Positions 41,607 to 48,462 of a DNA stretch of 64,000 nt are shown one piece after another. Below the pieces are notes generated by a model, which worked only from the letters and a program-made list of their open reading frames with translations, was not told the DNA's origin and ran no database searches. The stretch spans positions 7,977 to 71,976 of the forward strand of contig CAZTQL010000001.1 in assembly GCA_964615665.1 (NCBI GenBank), in the 5' to 3' direction. Both the position numbers and the translations under genes were made by a program. The stretch comes from an uncultured Woeseiaceae bacterium (GTDB taxonomy: Bacteria; Pseudomonadota; Gammaproteobacteria; Steroidobacterales; Woeseiaceae). Every line of letters begins with the position of its first letter. Positions within the stretch are counted from its first letter, which is position 1.

Positions 41607-42362
41607 CTAGCTACTCTTGGCCAGAAAACGGGCACCCAGCGTACGTCGCCTGAGGTAGGCATAAACTTCCAGGAGCGGTAGTTCCTTCGGGCAAACGTCG
41701 GCGCAGGCCATCATGCCGAGACACCCAAACACGCCCTGCTCGCCGGCAACCACATCAAACCACTCGGCATCGGAACGCTGATCTCTCGGGTCCATCATGA
41801 AACGTGCAACCCGGTTCATGCCGGCGCCGGCCAGGAATTCGTCGTCAAGGTTCGCGACGCCGCAGGAGGCGACGCAGCAGCCACATTCGATGCAGCGGTC
41901 GCCTTCGTAGATCGCCTCGGCAATGTCGTCGCTCATGCGCTCCTCGGTCGCCTCAGGATCGAATGGCAGCTGTTCATGAATCCAGGCTTCGGTGCGCTCG
42001 GCCATCTCACGGAACCAGGTCCCGGTATCGACGGACAGGTCACCGATCAGCTTGAACGCCGGTAGCGGATACAGCTGGATGTTCTCCGGCAGGTCCGAGG
42101 TCAGCGTGCGGCACGCCAGCGCCGGCCGACCGTTCACCATCATGCCGCAAGATCCGCAAATGGCCGAGCGGCAGGCGAAGTCGAACTGCAACCCCGGGTC
42201 CAGCGTTTCACGGATCTTGCTGAGCGCGATATACAGCGACATGGACGGTGTTTCGTCGATCTCGAAAATGTCCGTGTGCGGTTCGGAATTTTCGTCTTCG
42301 GGGTTGTACCGAAAAATCTCGAACTTCAGTCGACGCGACGCTGTGCTGTGTTCCTGGGTCAT
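41607..42362 (-). CDS. sdhB: succinate dehydrogenase/fumarate reductase iron-sulfur subunit
   Basis: Three Fe-S cluster motifs: CRSAICGSCGMMVNG, CIECGCCVASC and CADVCP. Confidence 0.92.
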   Translation of the reverse strand: MTQEHSTASRRLKFEIFRYNPEDENSEPHTDIFEIDETPSMSLYIALSKIRETLDPGLQFDFACRSAICGSCGMMVNGRPALACRTLTSDLPENIQLYPLPAFKLIGDLSVDTGTWFREMAERTEAWIHEQLPFDPEATEERMSDDIAEAIYEGDRCIECGCCVASCGVANLDDEFLAGAGMNRVARFMMDPRDQRSDAEWFDVVAGEQGVFGCLGMMACADVCPKELPLLEVYAYLRRRTLGARFLAKSS

Positions 42363-42387
42363 TCCCTAAATCCTTTATTGCTGTCCC

Positions 42388-44340
42388 TTACTGCGAATAC
42401 GCTTGCCAGGCACCGCGTTTGAGTCGACTACCCATTTCTTCGCTGCTCGGCAGGCGACCATGCTGCGTCTGTTCGTGCACCACCGTCTCGTTGTAACTAT
42501 CGATCGACTGCTGCATTTCGATGCGCTCGTCGCTGCCGTAACCACGATGCCCCGGCGGCAGATCGATGAGACCGGTTGGCTCGTAGCTGAACGACGGTTC
42601 GCTTTCGTCCATGGCCCAACGGACCAGCGTGCGATTCAGCCACTCTTCGTCGTTTCGCAGCGGAAAGTCGCTGCGAAAATGTGCGCCCCGACTCTCTGTT
42701 CGAGCCCGCGCACCCATCGCAACGGTCATCGCCAATCGCAACATGCCTTTCAGGCGCAACGCAAAACCGAGCTCCGGATTCACTCCGGGATCCTTGCAAC
42801 GGAGCGCAGCGTTGTCGCAATCATCGAGCAAATGACCGATCTCGGCCACGGCTTCATTCAGTTCGTCGCCCGTTCGAAAGATCCCGACCTTGCCCATCAT
42901 GATTTCGCCGAGCGCGTCACGAATCTCGTACACGTTGCGGCCGCTGCCGCCGCCGCTGCGCGCCAACCAGTTCGCCGCCCGATCTTCAGCCGCTTTCAGT
43001 GCGTCAAACGCGATACCGGTATCGGCACGGAGTGACACCCCTGCGGCATGCTCAGCCACACGTCGGCCGACGATCCGCCCTGATACGAGTGTTTCAGCCA
43101 GGCTGTTGCCACCCAGCCGGTTGAAGCCGTGCATATCCCAGCAGGCCGCTTCGCCAACGGCGAACAGCCCGGCGAGCCCGTAAGCTTCGCCATCTTTATT
43201 CACGCGAATGCCGCCCATCGAATAATGCTGTGTCGGGCGTACCGGAATGAGTGCCTTGGCCGGGTTCAGTCCCGCGAAGTCACGGCAAATGTCCCAGACT
43301 TCCAGCAGCTTGGTACGCAGGTGTTTTTCACCCAGGTGGCGGATATCAAGCCACAGGTGCGGGCCATACGGCGAATCCGCGCCGTTGCCGTCACGCATCG
43401 TCTGCTGCATATGCCGCGACACGACGTCACGACTGGCGAGTTCCTGCTTGGCGGGCTCTTTCTCCACCATGAATCGATGCATGTTCTTGTCGAGCAGATA
43501 ACCGCCGTCACCGCGACAACCTTCGGTAACCAGGATGCCGCTCGGCGAAAGCGTGGTGGGATGGAACTGTACGGCTTCCATGTTGCCCATTGGCACAACG
43601 CCAGTATCAAGCGCAATCGACGCACCGGTACCTTCATTGATTGTTGCGTTGCTCGTGTACTGCCCGTAAATGCGCCCGTAGCCACCTGTCGCAATCACCG
43701 TGGCTTTGGCCAGCACAGCGAAGTGCTTGCCGGTGCGCAGGCAGCGCACCACGGCGCCGAGGCAGCGGCCGCCGTCGTGAATCAGCGCCACAGCTTCCGT
43801 GCGGTCGCGTACCGTGATACCGAGACGAACCACCTCGCTGTCAACGGCATAGAGTGCGGCGTGCCCCGTGCCTGCAGCCGCGTAACACGCGCGCCATTTG
43901 GCCGTGCCGCCAAAGTCTCGCTGCCCGATCAGCCCATCGTTCTCGAGGGCCTCATCGATCTCGACATGCTCGCCCTTGATAAAATACTGGTTCTTGCCGC
44001 CCTGCACGCGGCTCCAGGGCACGCCGAAATGAGCGAGCTCGCGCACTGCGATCGGCGCCTCGTCGGCGAAGATATTCGCGACTTCCTGGTCCGCACCCCA
44101 GTCCGAACCGCGAACGGTATCGAGGAAGTGCACCGTGGGATCATCACCTTCGGCCTTGGCGCAATTGCCGAGCGATGCCTGCATACCGCCCTGAGCAGCA
44201 CAGCTGTGGCTGCGTCGCGGTGGCACCAGGGACAGGATCAATGCTTCGTGTCCGGCGGCCGCCGCTTCGATGGCACAGCGCTCGCCGGCAAGACCCCCGC
44301 CGATGACCAGAACGTCGGTAGTAACCAGGGGACCCGTCAT
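42388..44340 (-). CDS. sdhA: succinate dehydrogenase/fumarate reductase flavoprotein subunit
   Basis: 650 aa. The FAD-binding N-terminus is DVLVIGGGLAGERCA. The covalent-FAD His context RSHSCAAQGGM is present, along with a HPT...GCRGDGG catalytic region. It is a long-form FrdA, as in type-B enzymes. Confidence 0.93.
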   Translation of the reverse strand: MTGPLVTTDVLVIGGGLAGERCAIEAAAAGHEALILSLVPPRRSHSCAAQGGMQASLGNCAKAEGDDPTVHFLDTVRGSDWGADQEVANIFADEAPIAVRELAHFGVPWSRVQGGKNQYFIKGEHVEIDEALENDGLIGQRDFGGTAKWRACYAAAGTGHAALYAVDSEVVRLGITVRDRTEAVALIHDGGRCLGAVVRCLRTGKHFAVLAKATVIATGGYGRIYGQYTSNATINEGTGASIALDTGVVPMGNMEAVQFHPTTLSPSGILVTEGCRGDGGYLLDKNMHRFMVEKEPAKQELASRDVVSRHMQQTMRDGNGADSPYGPHLWLDIRHLGEKHLRTKLLEVWDICRDFAGLNPAKALIPVRPTQHYSMGGIRVNKDGEAYGLAGLFAVGEAACWDMHGFNRLGGNSLAETLVSGRIVGRRVAEHAAGVSLRADTGIAFDALKAAEDRAANWLARSGGGSGRNVYEIRDALGEIMMGKVGIFRTGDELNEAVAEIGHLLDDCDNAALRCKDPGVNPELGFALRLKGMLRLAMTVAMGARARTESRGAHFRSDFPLRNDEEWLNRTLVRWAMDESEPSFSYEPTGLIDLPPGHRGYGSDERIEMQQSIDSYNETVVHEQTQHGRLPSSEEMGSRLKRGAWQAYSQ

Positions 44341-45119
44341 GACGCACCGCCTTCGAGCAAGAATGCCAGCGGCGGATCCATCCAGCCTGCCAGCACGATC
44401 AGCGTGACTCCGCCGAGCACGAGAACCAGCCAGAAAATGACCTGCTCAATGCGATGCATGGTCTGGCGCGACAACCAAAGGTCGGCGCCCCATTTGATCG
44501 CCAGCCGGTACAGGCCGACGCTTGCATGAAACTCGACACACAACAGCAGCACAGCGTACGGCAGCCAGAGGCCGGCGCTGACTCTTGCCGTTGATGTCGA
44601 TGACTCGATGCCGGCAATATCACCATACAGCGGCGTGAATATATCCATGCCCAGCAACACCAGGTGAAAGCTGCCAAGTACGAGCATGATCATTCCGGTG
44701 CGCACCTGCCAAATCCACAACAGCGACTCAACATGCGGCCGGAACGGCGAGTACTCGGTTCGAGTCGCTACCTTCTCGCGGCCGGACTGACTAAGCCCTT
44801 TGGCAAGCTGCAGAATCTGTTTGCGTTGGCGTAACTGCGACGGGATCTTGCGTGCAGCAAACACCGCATGTACCAGGAACAACGTAAAGATAGCAAACAC
44901 GGTCGGCTGGGCGATGTAGTAGTCCTCCAGCATCGTCGCCATCCAGTCGAAGCCACGCTCACCGGTCAGGATGGAGCCAACCAGGACAACGTGTCCCCAC
45001 ATGAACAGCGCCAGCAGTAAGCCACTACCGCCGCTGACTACCTCATAGGCCAGTTCGCGACGCGCGGCCGTCGTCGCAGTGGAGTGTGCATTTCGAACCG
45101 ACGATGCCTTGGTGTTCAT
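44337..45119 (-). CDS. sdhC: type-B single-subunit diheme cytochrome b membrane anchor of SQR/QFR
   Basis: The ATG at 45119 abuts the upstream stop at 45122. About 260 aa with five TM helices and four candidate heme-ligand His (WGHVV, LVHAV, SFHLV, EFHAS). The layout resembles the Wolinella/Bacillus/Geobacter FrdC/SdhC class. Confidence 0.8.
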   Translation of the reverse strand: MNTKASSVRNAHSTATTAARRELAYEVVSGGSGLLLALFMWGHVVLVGSILTGERGFDWMATMLEDYYIAQPTVFAIFTLFLVHAVFAARKIPSQLRQRKQILQLAKGLSQSGREKVATRTEYSPFRPHVESLLWIWQVRTGMIMLVLGSFHLVLLGMDIFTPLYGDIAGIESSTSTARVSAGLWLPYAVLLLCVEFHASVGLYRLAIKWGADLWLSRQTMHRIEQVIFWLVLVLGGVTLIVLAGWMDPPLAFLLEGGAS

Positions 45120-45121
45120 CT

Positions 45122-46525
45122 CTAGGGATTCAACTGTGTCAGGATTTCTGGATTCTCCTCGCGCTCGGCGAGGATCGAGTGGCAGGTATCGCAATCACGG
45201 GAAATCGTCTCTCTTTCCTTGGTCCGCAGTCGCTTGCCGTGGCAGCGATAACAACCGTCGGATCGTTCATGACCGATATGTTCGGGATAGGTGTTCCACC
45301 ACACTTTCATTTGCGGGAAGACGTTGACCGAATAAATATCTCCGAGTGTCACGGCGGCGGCCGATATATCGTCGGCCCTTGCGTTTGCAACGTCGGGGTA
45401 ATTTTCCTGGTAATACTGATTCAGCTCGGCCGTGATGACCTCGCGAGCTTCCTCGTGCGAGGCATATTCGGCATCGATAATTCGCAACGCTTCACGTCTC
45501 ACATAAGGCAGCGTTCTGTCGATCAGCCCATCACGAATTGCGACATCAATTTCTGAATCCGGCGCCTGATAATTATGGCTGGGCCGATTGTGACAATCGA
45601 CACAATCCATTTGCCGCCACACGCCGCCGTCTTCCGGAGCCTTTCTATCAGCATACAGCTTGACCTCGCCCTCTTCGTTGGCGTATTCGACTTCGTAAAT
45701 CTCTTCTCGCGTGTCATCTGATCGGTAGCGAATGCTGACGCCAGGATCGACATGCCAGTGTATTCCCGACGACTTCTTACCGGCCTCGCCGCCGACTCTC
45801 AACAACAGAGCCGTCGTCAACTCCGTGTTGGCCTCGTCTTCTTCGTAATGTTTCTTGATCTTCAGCTTGTCGCCCACAAAGCGAGTTGGCCAATGGCACT
45901 GCTCGCAAGTATCGCGCGCCGGGCGCAAATCATGCAGTGGTGTTGGGATCGGTCGCGGATAGAGGTCGAACGCCACTGACACCAGCTGCCAGGCACCATC
46001 CAGTTTCGACTTCACAAACCAGTCCGCACCAGGACCGATATGGCAATCGGCACACAACAACCGCGAGTGCGACGAACGTTGGAACGCCGTGTGTTCAGGT
46101 TCCATCACAGAATGGCAGGCAAGCCCACAAAACTCGACCGACTCCATTACCTCGACGCCTTTGTAGGTTGCACCGGCCACGATGACTACGTTGACCATCG
46201 TTGCACCGAGCAGTATCAGCATCCAGTTACGTGTCTTCGGCTTGTTGAGGTCGAAGATCGGCAACAACGGCATCGACTCGCCACCTGGCGACCGGCGAAT
46301 CCTGCGCCGGTATAACAACGTTCCCAGAGGAATCAGTATCAGCCCGACGACAAAGATCATCGGCAATATCAGAAACGTGATAATGCCGAGATAGGGCCCG
46401 CCCTCGAAGCCAACCTGTGTCATAAAAATCAGGCTGAAGATAAGCACCAGGGCCGCGATTGCAAGCCCGGTGCCGAACAGACTCAGACCGTTCCGGGTAA
46501 TCGACGCTAGAAAACTCTTAAACAC
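45122..46525 (-). CDS. membrane-anchored NapC/NirT-type multiheme cytochrome c (ImcH-like), 5 CXXCH plus 1 CX3CH
   Basis: 467 aa with three N-terminal TM helices. The heme sites are CGLACH (CX3CH, verified on DNA at 46112-46129), CADCH, CEQCH, CVDCH, CYRCH and CDTCH. Confidence 0.8.
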   Translation of the reverse strand: MFKSFLASITRNGLSLFGTGLAIAALVLIFSLIFMTQVGFEGGPYLGIITFLILPMIFVVGLILIPLGTLLYRRRIRRSPGGESMPLLPIFDLNKPKTRNWMLILLGATMVNVVIVAGATYKGVEVMESVEFCGLACHSVMEPEHTAFQRSSHSRLLCADCHIGPGADWFVKSKLDGAWQLVSVAFDLYPRPIPTPLHDLRPARDTCEQCHWPTRFVGDKLKIKKHYEEDEANTELTTALLLRVGGEAGKKSSGIHWHVDPGVSIRYRSDDTREEIYEVEYANEEGEVKLYADRKAPEDGGVWRQMDCVDCHNRPSHNYQAPDSEIDVAIRDGLIDRTLPYVRREALRIIDAEYASHEEAREVITAELNQYYQENYPDVANARADDISAAAVTLGDIYSVNVFPQMKVWWNTYPEHIGHERSDGCYRCHGKRLRTKERETISRDCDTCHSILAEREENPEILTQLNP

Positions 46526-46556
46526 AAATTACCCTCTGATGAGTACCTGCCCGTTT

Positions 46557-48428
46557 TCAGGGCCGGTTTTCCTGTTGCTCGGTTGGTTCATCATAAACGA
46601 CCTCGCCGCGTTCTTCTGCCCTTGAGAACGGCGGTTTACCGGTCCGCCAGGTCGTATCCATCGGATACACCGCTGGATCGAAGATGACAAAGTAGAAGTG
46701 CCAGATGAGGATAGCGAGGGTAGCCAGGATCGCCTCCAGGAAATGCAGCACGGTGGCAGCCTCGGGCACCCAGCCCGGCAGCCAGGTCAGCGTGAAGTTC
46801 TCGAACCACAACACCAGCCCCGTGAGTGCCGTGACGAAGGTACCCCATAGCGCGGCCCAGTATTCGACCTTCTCCACATAGCCGACGCGCACGGGCGCGG
46901 GTGGCTCGGGACGGCGCCCGAGGTTGTAGCCTATCCGGTGGATAAACTCCTTGAAATCGACAAGACCAGGAAGGAACGCCGCGATCTGGTGCCGAGCACT
47001 GGCACTGATTGCAAGATGGCCGAAGTGGAAGAAGCAGGCGCCCATCAGACCGACGGCCGCTATGCGATGAATCAGGCCGCGGAATTCGCCACTGCCAATC
47101 TGCACGAGCTCTGCCCACCAGCTCTCGGGGTATTTCAAAGCAAAACCGCTGACTACCAGTACCATAAAGCTCACAGCCGCTATAACGTGCGCGATCCGAA
47201 ATGGCTTCGACATGCGTTCTTTGATCATGCAGTTTTCCGGGGGCCTGCGCAGGCGCGGCGCCGGATCACGTGCCTTCTTGTTCAGATCGAGCAGGTTGTG
47301 CAACAGCATGCCGATGACCGTGACCCAGATCAGCGGGATATAAATGAGCCGGATCCAGTACGCGACAATGTTGGGTGGCTGGTCGGCCAACATGTGCACG
47401 GGGCCGAGCTCGAAACGGCTGCCCGCTCCCAGGTGACATTGGCCGCAGGTCTCCGCCAGGTTGTCCGGATGAATGTGAGAGCCGGGGTCGCTGGAAGGCA
47501 GGATGTAATGTACACCGTGACAGCTCGCACAATTCGCGACCTTTTGCACGCCTCCGCGTGCAGCAAGCCCATGGAAGCTGTCCTCATAGGAAGGGACCTG
47601 CTCAGCATCCAGTCCGTATTTCTCGCCCAGGCGCAAATCCGAATGGCAGGGGCCACAGACACGGATCGGAATGTTGGTCGCCGATACCGGTGAGCCCTCC
47701 GCGGCCACGGCCAGAATTCGATGCTCGCCATGACAATCCGTGCAGACGGGCGAGTCATCGATGCCGTTGGCGGCGGCCAGGCCATGAATACTCTGCTCGA
47801 ACTTGGCAGTGATCTCAGCATGACAGGTACCGCAGGTGCCTGGCACATTTGAACGGTGGATCGAAGAAGCAGGGTCTGCGGCCGGAAGCGGCGAGTGAGC
47901 GGAATGGCAATCGCTGCAGCCCGCGCCATGCTCGCCATTGATCACTGCGGCGGCATGCACACTGGCGGTATAGGCTTCTATCGGGCGAATCGTGCGAACG
48001 CCCGCGGGTGCCGGCTGCCCGGAGCCATGGCAGGCCCCGCAGGTCTCTCCCTGACGGCTGGCGTGTACGGGAGAGGATCGCTCAGTCGCTAGCGTCATGG
48101 CATGTATTTCGCCATGACAACTCGAACATGAGGGAAGCTCCAGGTCAGACATGCGTTGCCGGCCCTCCGATCCATGCACGCTCACACTCTGTTCGTCGAC
48201 AGCCTCCGCATGACAACCCGCACAGCCGACCGGATCGAGCCCGCGCCTGTGCCGACGTTCCCCGCCAACATGGCAATCAAGGCATTCCGTGGCGCCGTGC
48301 GGGGTGCTCTCAAAGAGCGCCACATCGACTTCGTGGCAATCGTTGCAGGGATGTTCATCCTCCTCGGCGTCGACCGTCTGAAACACGAACAGCAGGCAGG
48401 GAACCAGGATGGTTAGCAGTTTGCGCAT
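46557..48428 (-). CDS. fusion protein: periplasmic 11-heme cytochrome c plus C-terminal membrane diheme cytochrome b domain (CbcL-like)
   Basis: 623 aa with a signal peptide. The 11 CXXCH sites are CNDCH, CLDCH, CAGCH, CSSCH, CGACH, CSDCH, CGTCH, CTDCH, CGPCH, CASCH and CGQCH. About 5 TM helices follow, with conserved His (IAHVI, LIHRIAAV, LHFLEA...IWHFYF). Confidence 0.85.
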   Translation of the reverse strand: MRKLLTILVPCLLFVFQTVDAEEDEHPCNDCHEVDVALFESTPHGATECLDCHVGGERRHRRGLDPVGCAGCHAEAVDEQSVSVHGSEGRQRMSDLELPSCSSCHGEIHAMTLATERSSPVHASRQGETCGACHGSGQPAPAGVRTIRPIEAYTASVHAAAVINGEHGAGCSDCHSAHSPLPAADPASSIHRSNVPGTCGTCHAEITAKFEQSIHGLAAANGIDDSPVCTDCHGEHRILAVAAEGSPVSATNIPIRVCGPCHSDLRLGEKYGLDAEQVPSYEDSFHGLAARGGVQKVANCASCHGVHYILPSSDPGSHIHPDNLAETCGQCHLGAGSRFELGPVHMLADQPPNIVAYWIRLIYIPLIWVTVIGMLLHNLLDLNKKARDPAPRLRRPPENCMIKERMSKPFRIAHVIAAVSFMVLVVSGFALKYPESWWAELVQIGSGEFRGLIHRIAAVGLMGACFFHFGHLAISASARHQIAAFLPGLVDFKEFIHRIGYNLGRRPEPPAPVRVGYVEKVEYWAALWGTFVTALTGLVLWFENFTLTWLPGWVPEAATVLHFLEAILATLAILIWHFYFVIFDPAVYPMDTTWRTGKPPFSRAEERGEVVYDEPTEQQENRP

Positions 48429-48462
48429 TGGAATAATCTCAGGTCTTCGTTTAGCCCGACCT

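Noticed and set aside
43129-44529. 466-aa + strand ORF
   Set aside because: It is antisense to the flavoprotein subunit sdhA/frdA and has no recognisable motifs.
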